Source: Candidatus Spyradenecus sp. (lineage in GTDB: Bacteria > Verrucomicrobiota > Verrucomicrobiia > Opitutales > UBA953). Taken from it: DNA of 64,000 nt. The notes under the pieces were generated by a model. The model was given only the letters and a program-made list of their open reading frames with translations, was not told the DNA's origin and searched no databases. Made by a program: the position numbers and the translations under genes. The stretch lies in contig JAZSKX010000015.1 in NCBI GenBank assembly GCA_045535075.1, forward strand, positions 32,001 through 96,000. Reading direction: 5' to 3'. Below, piece by piece: positions 30,499-39,612 of this stretch. The number at the start of each line of letters is the position of its first letter. The first letter of the stretch is position 1.

Positions 30499-30555
30499 AA
30501 ACGGCTTTTCCGAATATCCGCTTCAGCAAAAGCAGGTGCGCTAAATCAAAGAAGT

Positions 30556-30594
30556 TGCGGGAGAAACCTTATTCGATTTCTCCCGCAGTTTTTT
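30556..30594. terminator. Terminator between convergent genes
   Basis: TGCGGGAGAAA-ccttattcga-TTTCTCCCGCA plus a T tract; the stem uses the GCGGGA part of the motif. Confidence 0.75.
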
Positions 30595-30619
30595 GGGATG
30601 TAGGTTATGTCAGATGTCT

Positions 30620-33061
30620 TTATTCACCTCTGCTTTTGAGCATCGGATCGGCTAAGATTTTTGTTAGCTTGGGCGAGGGTATATTCCAGAAGCGCTGAAT
30701 CGGCTTGCGTCCGTCTTTGTCCTTCGCGTAGACACTTGCTCCCGCGTTGAGCAGGGCGATAACGCAGGCTTCGTCTTCTTTCTCTGCCGCAAGATGCAAC
30801 GGCGTATCATCATGCTTGTTTTGCACGTTCACGGGAACGCCGCGCTTGACGATTTCGGGAATCATATCCGCTCTCCCCGCCAAAACCGCGCGATGCAAAA
30901 TCGAGTTTCCGAGAGCATCTTCGGGAACGTCCGTAAGACTGTTAATTCGCGGGAACATCTTTTTGAGCAAGTCAAAATCGTTGAGTTCGCAGACGTGAAA
31001 CAGAGCCAATTTTTTATCTGCGCCGTAGTTCAGGAGCAATTTTTCGAACTCAGGCTTGTCCCACAAATACGCGCAAACGAGGGCAGGGTGGTTTGTCTCG
31101 TTCGCACGCGCATTCACGTCGACTCCGTAATCCAGAAGGGCTTTTGCCGCTTCGACGAAGATTTCCGGTTTTTTAAATTCTCCGATACAGTGCTTTTTAT
31201 ACCAGTTCGGATCGACATCCCGCGGGTGCGGCGGATTGGCAATGAGTTCTTCCACGGGAACATCTTTGAAGAAGTCTGAAGCAAAAAAGCGTTCGAGCAA
31301 AGCCTGTTCTTCCTTCTGGCGGCCGATGCGCGCTTCCAGCTCTTCTATTGCTTTGTCGAAATCGTTTATTTCGGGGTTGAATTCCGGATTTTTTACCCAT
31401 TCGTCCAATTTCGCTTTGTATTCGACAAGGACCGGACGAATTTTTTCGATAAGCGCTTTTTTTGTCGCAGCTTGCGCCTTTATGCGAGCGGCCCAGGTTT
31501 CTTTCCATTGCTCGGCGAGTTCTCCTTCCAAAGGAGCTTCTTCGTAAAGTTCAAAGATTCTGGCGTTCAATTCGCGCTTAGGAGCATTCCATCCTTCGAT
31601 GCGTGAGTTGATTTCCGCGACTAGTTTTTCGCCGTTTGATGCAAGCTCAATCGCGCCGAGATAACGCCCGATTTGAGAGCCTTGCCGTTCGCCTTCCGCG
31701 CGTGCGGATTCCGTTTCCGCTTCCGTGAGATTTTCCCGCACAACAATCGAGCCGCCGCCGGCTCCGAGGCTCAGGAAACCGTCGTCGCCCGAAATTCCGA
31801 TGCCCATGCGCGCGGAAGACCAGTTGACTTTGCGTGTGTTTTTTTCTTTAGCGACAATCAAGTCCGAAACCGCCTCAATGCCTTGCTTTGCTGCTTCTGC
31901 GACTTCTCTGTCTTTAAGATAGAGGGTGAAGAGATATTCCTGCGGGACCGGTAAATCCAGCGTTTGAATCTGCTTTTTGAAGATTTCGTCGCTACGTCCG
32001 ATAAGCTGGATTAATGCAAGTTCGCCGTACCACAAACCGTCTACGACAACCGGAAACGCTTTGTGAATATCCAGTCGCGCAATGGGATCTATCGTCCACT
32101 TATCTTCCTGCCCTTTCCACTCGTCCTGCTTTCCTGAATCGTCTTGCGTTCCCGCGAGCAGTTGCCGCAAATTCGCTCCTTTTGCCTTTAAAAGAGCAAT
32201 GAATTTCACGTATTGAAGATTTTTTTCGGCGGCTTTTTTCCCTGCATCGGCTTCGCTCAAAAGCGCATTATAAATCGCGGAAGCGGAATCAAGCCCGTCG
32301 GGAACGTTGCGTTCGTCTTTTGTCGTTTTATAAAACGCGCAGGCTTTTTCGAATTCGTCCGAGTTAAAGTTTGAGCGGTCGCCGGCATCTTGAGGTTTTT
32401 GAGAAAAAACACGTTCGCGGCTTTGGTAAGCGTCCGATTCATATTTTGTTTTTTCAAAAAGCGTATTTGCTCTCAGCAATTCGTCTGCATTCAGGCGCAA
32501 TGCTTCATTAATATCGCTGAGATTCCCGTAGCGCGGGAGCGCATTTTCGTTTTCCTCGATTTCATATTGTCCGCGAAAATAACGCAGAGCCAAGGTCGCG
32601 CAGTTTTCGCCGAATGTGTTCTCGTAATTCGGATTTGCGCCGAGATTCAGGAAAAATTCCGCGCGGGAACAATCGCCTGCGCGCGCCGCGCGTTCCAGCA
32701 AATTATTTTTTTGGTGCTGAGCAAATTCGCCGCCGCTGTGCATGATGTAGGCGCAGAGCGGCTTGTCGTCGAACCAATGCCAGACCGACCACATCGCCGC
32801 CGACCAACCGGACGGATCTTTCACATTCACGTTCCCGCCTTTTTTGACGCAGTCTTTGACGGTTGCCAAGTCCTTCGCGTGCGCCGCTTTGAGCAATTTC
32901 AAATCCAATTCCTTTTGCTTGTCGACAGATGGCTTCGCTGCCGACTTTGCGACGGCGCGGCGCACGGGTTGCATTTGCGGTTTTTTTTGTACGCATCCCG
33001 TCGGGAACGCAAATACGCTCAGAGCGATTGCCGTGAAAATAATCGGGTTAAAAAATTTCAT
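30620..33061 (-). CDS. Ankyrin-repeat lipoprotein
   Basis: Lipobox FPTGC; N-terminal GGNVNVKD/GANPN repeats; C-terminal GVDVNAR, GNSILHRAV and DTPLHLAA repeats; central helical region. Confidence 0.85.
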   Translation of the reverse strand: MKFFNPIIFTAIALSVFAFPTGCVQKKPQMQPVRRAVAKSAAKPSVDKQKELDLKLLKAAHAKDLATVKDCVKKGGNVNVKDPSGWSAAMWSVWHWFDDKPLCAYIMHSGGEFAQHQKNNLLERAARAGDCSRAEFFLNLGANPNYENTFGENCATLALRYFRGQYEIEENENALPRYGNLSDINEALRLNADELLRANTLFEKTKYESDAYQSRERVFSQKPQDAGDRSNFNSDEFEKACAFYKTTKDERNVPDGLDSASAIYNALLSEADAGKKAAEKNLQYVKFIALLKAKGANLRQLLAGTQDDSGKQDEWKGQEDKWTIDPIARLDIHKAFPVVVDGLWYGELALIQLIGRSDEIFKKQIQTLDLPVPQEYLFTLYLKDREVAEAAKQGIEAVSDLIVAKEKNTRKVNWSSARMGIGISGDDGFLSLGAGGGSIVVRENLTEAETESARAEGERQGSQIGRYLGAIELASNGEKLVAEINSRIEGWNAPKRELNARIFELYEEAPLEGELAEQWKETWAARIKAQAATKKALIEKIRPVLVEYKAKLDEWVKNPEFNPEINDFDKAIEELEARIGRQKEEQALLERFFASDFFKDVPVEELIANPPHPRDVDPNWYKKHCIGEFKKPEIFVEAAKALLDYGVDVNARANETNHPALVCAYLWDKPEFEKLLLNYGADKKLALFHVCELNDFDLLKKMFPRINSLTDVPEDALGNSILHRAVLAGRADMIPEIVKRGVPVNVQNKHDDTPLHLAAEKEDEACVIALLNAGASVYAKDKDGRKPIQRFWNIPSPKLTKILADPMLKSRGE

Positions 33062-33089
33062 GAATATAAATCCTTTCCTGATAAAATTA

Positions 33090-33755
33090 TTACTTTTTGA
33101 GGCGCGTGATGACTTCCCGCACAAACGGATTGCGTTTCCCTTCCGGAGTTTGCGCATACGTTTTTAGGCGATTCGCCAGCTCCGCATCCGTGCGGAAACG
33201 CTGAAGCGCAAGACGATTCCCCTGCGATGCCGCACGCAAAAGCCGCTGAAAATCATCGACCTGAACGGCAGGTTCTTCCGCCTCAACCTCGTCAGCCTCT
33301 TCAATTTCTGCGGGAACGGATTGTTTGGGCGTAGCCGCTTCCGGCTCGGCTTTCGAAGCACCGAGAGAAAATGCCGGGAGAAAATTTCCGAACGGCGTCG
33401 ATGCTTTCGGCTCCTCTTTTGCTTGCTTCGGCGCAACTTTTTTCGGCTTCTCCGATTCCGATTTCCCGCGTTCTTTTGCCTGTTTCGCCTGCAATGCCGC
33501 AAGAGCGTTTCCGCCGGACTTCGCGCTCATATTCGGGTCGGCGCGAAGCAGCCATTGCTCCGAAAGCAAATCATCTTTTACGACTTCGTTCCCGCTTGCA
33601 TAGCGCGCCGCCAGCTGCTTTTGAGCGTCGTCTTTTCCGCGATTTGCGTCGTGCGCGATTTCCTCGATTCCGGCAAATGCCGTTCCCGCAAAGCCTGCAA
33701 GCGCGGCAGTCAAAATCATTTTTCTTAATATTGTTTTATCGGAGGTCATAAGCAT
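33090..33755 (-). CDS. Exported protein with a Sel1-like repeat
   Basis: Signal peptide ..AGFAGTAFA and ANRG..DAQKQLAARYASGNEVVKD..SEQWL.RA. Confidence 0.65.
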   Translation of the reverse strand: MLMTSDKTILRKMILTAALAGFAGTAFAGIEEIAHDANRGKDDAQKQLAARYASGNEVVKDDLLSEQWLLRADPNMSAKSGGNALAALQAKQAKERGKSESEKPKKVAPKQAKEEPKASTPFGNFLPAFSLGASKAEPEAATPKQSVPAEIEEADEVEAEEPAVQVDDFQRLLRAASQGNRLALQRFRTDAELANRLKTYAQTPEGKRNPFVREVITRLKK

Positions 33756-33773
33756 CTTTCATTTGGGTTAAAA

Positions 33774-34232
33774 TCATTCGTTCGCGGAGGATTTATTGCC
33801 TTCGGAAACATTCATTAAAACAACGTCTCCGTCGTAGAAGCGCATTTGTTTCTCGCCTTTTAAAAGCAACGGTACGCAGATATCGTCTTCGTTGAACGAT
33901 TCTCCCGCGCCGGCACGCGCATCAACCAGCATGCCGGGGACGAGTCCGGTAAAAATGTCGAGCACCAGCCAGCCGTTTATGCTTTTTTTCAATTTTACGC
34001 GTGTGTCGGCGTAACCTTCTTTTTTCAGAACGACGTACGGTTCCGTGTCTTGGTCTAAATCAATTTCGCACGGTGTCGTTCCCGCCAAATCGCCGTTGAC
34101 ATAGACGCTTGCGCCGGACGGTTTCGAGTCGATTTCCACTTCCTGAAACGTTCCCGTCATAATTGTCGCGCAAGCGCTTTGAAGCAAGGCTGCAAGCAAC
34201 AGAGGAATGAGCATTAAAGAATTTTTTTTCAT
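33774..34232 (-). CDS. PEGA-domain lipoprotein
   Basis: Lipobox QSAC, IDSKPSGASVYVNG..GTTP, KKEGYAD, hydrophobic hairpin ending VDARAGA. Confidence 0.85.
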   Translation of the reverse strand: MKKNSLMLIPLLLAALLQSACATIMTGTFQEVEIDSKPSGASVYVNGDLAGTTPCEIDLDQDTEPYVVLKKEGYADTRVKLKKSINGWLVLDIFTGLVPGMLVDARAGAGESFNEDDICVPLLLKGEKQMRFYDGDVVLMNVSEGNKSSANE

Positions 34233-34246
34233 TGTTTGCCTTTCGT

Positions 34247-35026
34247 TTAATCTTCGTATTTTACGGGAACGGAAAGCGTCAGCGGGCAAACCGATCTCAA
34301 TTCTTCCGGAAGAACAAATTTCGACTTCATTTTTTGAAATATCTTGCGAGCGCCGTTGTTTACTTCCGAAGCTCCTTCATGTCGCGTCGCTTCGAAATCG
34401 AGAATCGTCCCGTCGTCGGAAATCGTTACGTCTGTCCAAGCCGTTCCCGTCGCGCGATGGCGTCCGGCAATCTTGCCGTGCGTATCACGCACAAATACCC
34501 AAAGCGGCTCGATATATTTTTCGATTTCCAGGATAAGCGTTTCGCGAATTGCATTTTCTAAGGCCTTCATCTCCTTTGACGGATTCAGATTCGACACTTT
34601 CACGTTTCCTTTGTAATAAACGTTTTGAAGCGAATCCTTCGTCAGCACGGGAACGACAATGTAATTTTCCGTGTATTCCCGCGTCGCGCCGCTCCGTGTG
34701 TCGAGAATCCATCCCACCGGTGCAAACGGGAGAAAGAACGTGTTGAGCATCGTGGTGCCGTTCCACTCGTCTTTGATTTGCACACGCGTGTCGGCGTAAC
34801 CGTCTTTTTTCAAAACAATCAGCGGGTGCGAGTCGCGGTTCATGTCAAGTTTCACCGGAGTTCTTCCGACGTATTCACCGTTTGCATACAGCGAAGCGCC
34901 TTGGGGGAACGACGCGATTTCAATTTCTTCTTCCGTTCCGCAGAACATCGTTGCACAGCCGCTCAGCGTTCCCGCAAGTGACAACACAGGCACAACCCGG
35001 AGCGTTTTTTTCAGTAAGTTTTTCAT
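34247..35026 (-). CDS. PEGA-domain lipoprotein with TonB/TolA-C-like C-terminal domain
   Basis: Lipobox LSGC, ASFPQGASLYANG..GRTP, KKDGYAD; C-terminal VTISDDGTIL..SEVNNGA..LPEEL. Confidence 0.8.
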   Translation of the reverse strand: MKNLLKKTLRVVPVLSLAGTLSGCATMFCGTEEEIEIASFPQGASLYANGEYVGRTPVKLDMNRDSHPLIVLKKDGYADTRVQIKDEWNGTTMLNTFFLPFAPVGWILDTRSGATREYTENYIVVPVLTKDSLQNVYYKGNVKVSNLNPSKEMKALENAIRETLILEIEKYIEPLWVFVRDTHGKIAGRHRATGTAWTDVTISDDGTILDFEATRHEGASEVNNGARKIFQKMKSKFVLPEELRSVCPLTLSVPVKYED

Positions 35027-35037
35027 AAGCAAAAAAA

Positions 35038-35730
35038 TCAGAATGAAACGTTGTAGCCCACGGAGAAAAGAATCCACTTGGGATTAGATACAGAAAATCC
35101 TTCGTCGTCGTGGTTGCTCGAGCACATCAGGTAGTCTGCTCCGAAACGGATAGCGTCTCCGCGATTTCCAAGGTGAATTAAAACGCCTGCACCAACACCG
35201 TAAGTCACAGTAGAACTTGCCTTATGCTCGCTAAGAAGTATCCCCCCGCCCAAGCGAACTCCGCCAAAAACGGAAACAGAGTCTGAAAGCGGCATATGCA
35301 TATTTCCTCCTGCTGTACACGAAAGCAGTGTAAGTTGTTCGTCAACGTCCTCTTGTGTCGAGCCCGTCATAAATCCGAGAAGAAGGTACACTTCCGGTGT
35401 GAACATGGAATCTTCGTCCGATGAATTTTTCAGCCAATTCAATCGAAAGTTAAATCCGTAAAAATTTTCGAAATCCGTCTTCTTGCGAACGTATTCTCCC
35501 CGCCACCAGTAGTATTCGTCTCGAATATAAGCATCTCCGTAGCCGGACATTTTAGCTTTTCCAAAAACGCCTTCGATTCCGACGGAAAATTCCCATTCGG
35601 ATTCTTCCTGAACTTCCGGGAGGTCGTTTATTTCAAATTCGTCGTAAGAAAATTCGTTCTCGAAAGCAAATGCGGGAACGAGCGTGAGAAGCGGGAACGC
35701 CAAAGCGCCTAAGCATATTTGTGTCTTCAT
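35038..35730 (-). CDS. Outer-membrane beta-barrel protein
   Basis: Signal peptide, alternating aromatic/Gly strands, C-terminal SVGYNVSF. Confidence 0.8.
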   Translation of the reverse strand: MKTQICLGALAFPLLTLVPAFAFENEFSYDEFEINDLPEVQEESEWEFSVGIEGVFGKAKMSGYGDAYIRDEYYWWRGEYVRKKTDFENFYGFNFRLNWLKNSSDEDSMFTPEVYLLLGFMTGSTQEDVDEQLTLLSCTAGGNMHMPLSDSVSVFGGVRLGGGILLSEHKASSTVTYGVGAGVLIHLGNRGDAIRFGADYLMCSSNHDDEGFSVSNPKWILFSVGYNVSF

Positions 35731-35762
35731 AGTTTTAGGTTAGATGGGGGTTAAACGAGTTT

Positions 35763-35790
35763 TCATTTTACCCCCCCTAAAAGTTGTCAA
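35763..35790 (-). promoter_or_regulatory. Promoter-like element TTGACA-ACTTTTA-G7-TAAAAT (copy 2)
   Basis: Reverse complement of 23445-23472; the -10 box also ends 34 nt before the ATG at 35730. Confidence 0.75.
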
Positions 35791-35911
35791 GATGTTTTCG
35801 GAGCGCATTTTGAGGCGGTTTTACGTTTTCGCGGGGCGTTGTAATTTCGGATTAAGAATCACAAAGCTTTAAAGTCGCAAAGATTCGGATTCCCGGCGGG
35901 AACGCAATTTT

Positions 35912-36613
35912 TTAGAAGCTAATCGTGAATCCGAGCGAGTAAACGGTGTATGTTTGACTGCCGAGATAGATTCCGTCGACTTCCGGGGCCGCTTCAGTGC
36001 TCAAGCGCTCAACGCCGAAGTTCATCGCGAAATTTTCCGAAAAAGCGAGGCTACAGCCCATACCCCAGCCGTAAGTCAGTCCGAGATCGTATTCCTGATC
36101 TGTGTCGTGATTTCCGTAGTCAACAGAAAAGAGAATGGCTTCGCCTCCCATGCGTGCGCCGACATAGAGCGAAAACGCCGAGCCGATGTTGTAGCGCAAA
36201 TTCGCGCCCAGCGTGCACATGAAGTGGCGAACTTCGTATTCCAAAAAAGACTCTTCGTATCCGTAGTTGACCTTGTAAACATCTCCGCACCCGAATCCGA
36301 ATCCGCCGGAGATGAAGAATTCCGGAGAAAGCGTTTGAGGTTCATTGCTTGCGGGGATTTGGCGAATCGAATAACAGAGGTTTAGACCGTAAAAATCCGG
36401 ATCGTCCTTGAAGTAGCTGCCAGCTGATTCCGCGTAAAAAACCGACCCGCCGAATCCGGATAAATGCGTAGCCGGGGCGAATTCTTCCGGCGCGGTATTT
36501 TGCGTCAAGTCGGTTTCGTATTCGGTAAATCCGTCATAATATTCCTGCGCAAAAGCGCCTGCGGGAACGGCAAAAAGAAGAGCAAGGGTTGTGAAAAAAG
36601 AGGAGAATTTCAT
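35912..36613 (-). CDS. Outer-membrane beta-barrel protein
   Basis: Signal peptide ..PAGAFA, GANLRY..SLYVGARMGG, C-terminal SLGFTISF. Confidence 0.82.
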   Translation of the reverse strand: MKFSSFFTTLALLFAVPAGAFAQEYYDGFTEYETDLTQNTAPEEFAPATHLSGFGGSVFYAESAGSYFKDDPDFYGLNLCYSIRQIPASNEPQTLSPEFFISGGFGFGCGDVYKVNYGYEESFLEYEVRHFMCTLGANLRYNIGSAFSLYVGARMGGEAILFSVDYGNHDTDQEYDLGLTYGWGMGCSLAFSENFAMNFGVERLSTEAAPEVDGIYLGSQTYTVYSLGFTISF

Positions 36614-36664
36614 GGTGTTGGAGTTTTGGATTAAGGGGGTTATGCTTTTTTTGAGTTCGTAATT

Positions 36665-37153
36665 TTAGCGGGAACGGCGTTTGGTTGAGCTCGGACGTTT
36701 GGTAGGAGCTTGCTGTTTTTTCGGAGTGGCGCGCTCGGGAACGGTACGACGCGGAGTTTCTTCGTAAATGATTGCGCTTACGGATTCCGGAAGTTCCCAC
36801 ATGGCTCCGGTTGCGGGATCGACAATGACAAGCCCGATGAGTCCGCCGAAGATCGCGTTCCCGAAATACCACGGGTCAATCGAGCTATCAATCGTCAGCG
36901 TGTTGCCGGCGGCGAATTCGACCTTATAGGTTGCTCCGTCGAAAAAGCCGTCTCCGGCTTCCAACGGAATCGTCTGCGGCGTTTTGCCCGTAATAACTTT
37001 TTCGCCGTCTTCGTTTTTTACAACGAAACTTTTTCCGGGCGGAAAAGAGTCAATCATAACCGGATATATGCTTTCACTGACAATCGATGCGCAACCGGAG
37101 CTCGCAACAACAAAAGCGAGCATCGCGGGAACGAGGATGGGAGATTTTTTCAT
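36665..37153 (-). CDS. PEGA-like lipoprotein with hydrophobic hairpin
   Basis: Lipobox SSGC, IDSFPPG..GKTP and WYFGNAIFGGLIGLVIVDPATGAMW. Confidence 0.8.
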   Translation of the reverse strand: MKKSPILVPAMLAFVVASSGCASIVSESIYPVMIDSFPPGKSFVVKNEDGEKVITGKTPQTIPLEAGDGFFDGATYKVEFAAGNTLTIDSSIDPWYFGNAIFGGLIGLVIVDPATGAMWELPESVSAIIYEETPRRTVPERATPKKQQAPTKRPSSTKRRSR

Positions 37154-37176
37154 GGTTGAGTCGCGTGGTTTTGGAA

Positions 37177-37962
37177 TTAGAACGTGTATTTGTAGCCGAG
37201 AGAGAACATGTTGAATTTCTGCTTTTCAACCGTGACATTTTCTCCTCCGTATGTGTTGATTTCGGATTCTGCCGTGCTTCCGACAAATGCGTATCCGAGC
37301 GTCATCGCATGATGTTCATTAAACTTCCATTGAATTCCGGCTCCGACCCCGTAAGCGAATCCGAAGCCTGCTTCCGAGTCGTAGTTAGCATCTTCAACGT
37401 AAAGCATGCTTCCGCCGATACGTGCTCCCGCATAAATGGAAAAATTATTGCTGATGTGCCAACGGATGTTGGCTCCGAGTGAAGTTTCTACAAACCAAAC
37501 GCCGTATTCGCTCCAATAACCTCTCCAGCCGCTACTTCCGGAATATTCGCCTTCCCCGTAAGAATAGCCGCTGAGCCAATACAAATCATAAGAGAAATTA
37601 TCGGAGAGTGAGCGTTCTATCCCAAATTTCAGATTAAATCCGATCATGTCGACAGACGTGTCGTAAAGCATGTCTTCTGTCGGCGATACGGAAGTAATCT
37701 CTGTTTCCATGTAAAACGGAAATTGAGAAATATTGCTGTCTTCATATTCGTACTCAAATTCATCCCAAATCGAGCTGTCGTATTGATATCGTTTGGGAGT
37801 TGCGTCGGGATTTTTGGGTTTTTGCCCGGGGAGCGAACCGAGCGATCCGCCCGTATTCAGCCAAAGGTTTTTGTTGATAGCTTCTTCGTCAAAAGCCCAA
37901 GCATTCAGAGTACCGCATGCGTGGACACAAACTGCGAGTGCTAGAATTTTTGCAAGTTTCAT
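37177..37962 (-). CDS. Outer-membrane beta-barrel protein
   Basis: Signal peptide, GANIRW..SIYAGARIGG, YGVGAGIQW, C-terminal SLGYKYTF. Confidence 0.85.
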   Translation of the reverse strand: MKLAKILALAVCVHACGTLNAWAFDEEAINKNLWLNTGGSLGSLPGQKPKNPDATPKRYQYDSSIWDEFEYEYEDSNISQFPFYMETEITSVSPTEDMLYDTSVDMIGFNLKFGIERSLSDNFSYDLYWLSGYSYGEGEYSGSSGWRGYWSEYGVWFVETSLGANIRWHISNNFSIYAGARIGGSMLYVEDANYDSEAGFGFAYGVGAGIQWKFNEHHAMTLGYAFVGSTAESEINTYGGENVTVEKQKFNMFSLGYKYTF

Positions 37963-38088
37963 AAGTGTCAGAGTTTTTTGGGGTAAAATACAAATCGTAT
38001 CTCTTTGCAATGCAAAGCATTGCGTTTATTTCAAAAAGTTTCAAGGGTTTTGTTTCGCTTTGTCTGATATTGCACGACAATAGCTTGC

Positions 38089-38292
38089 ATGAAACCGAAG
38101 AAAAACGCTCAGATGAGCATTCGCATTGACGACGAATTTCAAACCCGAATAAAGCAGTTTGAAGATGAGACGGGCGTTCCGATGGCGACGCTTGTCCGAG
38201 CGGCGACGGAGGCGGCGTTGAACTACTATGATCGGGCGCAATCCATCACGTTTCCGCTGAAATGCGAGCCCTTGCGAAATCCGAAAAACTAA
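38089..38292 (+). CDS. Small ribbon-helix-helix-like DNA-binding protein
   Basis: QMSIRID beta-strand pattern followed by two helices (..ETGVPMATLVRAA); divergent from the barrel operon. Confidence 0.65.
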   Translation: MKPKKNAQMSIRIDDEFQTRIKQFEDETGVPMATLVRAATEAALNYYDRAQSITFPLKCEPLRNPKN

Positions 38293-38321
38293 AAAATCCC
38301 GCACGAAATGCGGGATTTTTT
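38292..38321. terminator. Bidirectional terminator
   Basis: AAAAATCCCGCA-cgaaa-TGCGGGATTTTT between convergent genes. Confidence 0.85.
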
Positions 38322-38359
38322 ATTGGTGCTTCGGGAGGCGCGTCCGTCGGGCGGTGTTA

Positions 38360-39001
38360 TTATTTGCATTTTATCCAACCGCGTTGCGGCGTGATAAGAT
38401 ATTGCAGGGGAATGTCCGTCGGTTCATGCGGGATCGACTCCAAAACCTGGCAATCAAAAGCAAGCCCGACGGTAACCGCGCTCGGCGGCAGTTTTTCCAA
38501 AAATCGATCGTAATAGCCTTTTCCGTAGCCGATTCTGTTCCCGTGAATATCGAAGACGACGCCGGGAATTATGTGGAGTGTCGGTTGGTTAAGAGGGATT
38601 TCTTCGCAATGCGGGAGCGGCTCAAGCACGCCGAACGTTCCCGTTGCAAGATCTTCCGCCATGTTTTGAACGCGAAAAAGTTTGATTTCGTTGCCGAAGA
38701 CTTTGGGAACGCAGGTGATTTTCCCCGATTCAATGGCACGAAGAATTCCGCCGTGATTACTGACCTCGCTACGGACGGAAATGTAACTCGAAATGCAATT
38801 CGCCTGATGATAAAGCGGATGTGCACGCACCTCATCACGAATAATCGAAGAAAGTTGGAGAAATTCCGGTCCGTTGATTTGATCCCGCAACGCCAAGTGC
38901 CGAATGCGCAACTTCTTTTTCTCGTTTTGAATTTCCGAGAGAGCGGAGTCTGCGACAAATCCGGGATATTGGACTTCTCTCGGTTTGCGGGGAAAGCTCA
39001 T
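38360..39001 (-). CDS. 5-formyltetrahydrofolate cyclo-ligase
   Basis: KKKLR, FGVLEP, PGVVFD..GNRIGYGKGYYDRFL and EPTDIP. Confidence 0.92.
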   Translation of the reverse strand: MSFPRKPREVQYPGFVADSALSEIQNEKKKLRIRHLALRDQINGPEFLQLSSIIRDEVRAHPLYHQANCISSYISVRSEVSNHGGILRAIESGKITCVPKVFGNEIKLFRVQNMAEDLATGTFGVLEPLPHCEEIPLNQPTLHIIPGVVFDIHGNRIGYGKGYYDRFLEKLPPSAVTVGLAFDCQVLESIPHEPTDIPLQYLITPQRGWIKCK

Positions 39002-39012
39002 TGCAGAAGGCG

Positions 39013-39420
39013 TTAAGAATTGGAAAAAGCGGCTTGGAGCTTCTCAATGAAGAACGTCGGCGGCTTGATTGCCTGTCCTTCACGATTCATAAAGGCGTGC
39101 TGCGTGTGCCCCGTCGCCAACAATTCGTTCCCGCGAAAAATTTCATAATCGATGTGGATGCGTACACGCGGCATTTCCGGCATGGTGGCACGGATGGAAA
39201 TCACATCGTCGTAGCGCGCGGGAGCACGGTATTTCAGATTAGCTTCCAAAACCGGAAGTAAAAAACCGTTTGCCTGCAATTCTGCATACGGCAAGCCGAT
39301 TCCCGCGAGCAACTGCGTGCGCGCAACCTCGCACCACGGCAAATAATTGGCGTGATAAACGACACCCATGGCGTCGGTTTCGGAAAAGCGGACTCGAATT
39401 TGTGCGGTTGTTTGAAGCAT
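39013..39420 (-). CDS. Acyl-CoA thioesterase (YbgC/4HBT family)
   Basis: RVRFSETDAMGVVYHANYL and YRAPARYDD; start set at ATG 39420, downstream of the tRNA. Confidence 0.9.
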   Translation of the reverse strand: MLQTTAQIRVRFSETDAMGVVYHANYLPWCEVARTQLLAGIGLPYAELQANGFLLPVLEANLKYRAPARYDDVISIRATMPEMPRVRIHIDYEIFRGNELLATGHTQHAFMNREGQAIKPPTFFIEKLQAAFSNS

Positions 39421-39438
39421 GAAATATAAACGATTTAA

Positions 39439-39522
39439 TGGTGCCGAAGGCGGGACTCGAACCCGCACGCCCGAAGACAACGGATTTTAAGTCCGCAGCG
39501 TCTACCATTCCGCCACTCCGGC
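39439..39522 (-). tRNA. tRNA-Leu(TAA)
   Basis: GCCGGAG..GCGGA-CT-TAA-AA-TCCGT, long variable arm, GCGGG-TTCGAGT-CCCGC, CTTCGGC-ACCA. Confidence 0.96.
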
Positions 39523-39612
39523 AACATTGAGCAAGAATTCTGACATTTTTGCGGAATTACTCAAACGGATTTTTATTTTCCTTTTGACTTCGTAGCGGGA
39601 AACGCGCCGCAC

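Noticed and set aside
39002..39012. 6S RNA upstream of the 5-formyl-THF cyclo-ligase gene
   Set aside because: Only 11 nt separate it from the thioesterase gene.
39421..39480. N-terminal extension of the thioesterase ORF
   Set aside because: It overlaps tRNA-Leu; start placed at ATG 39420.
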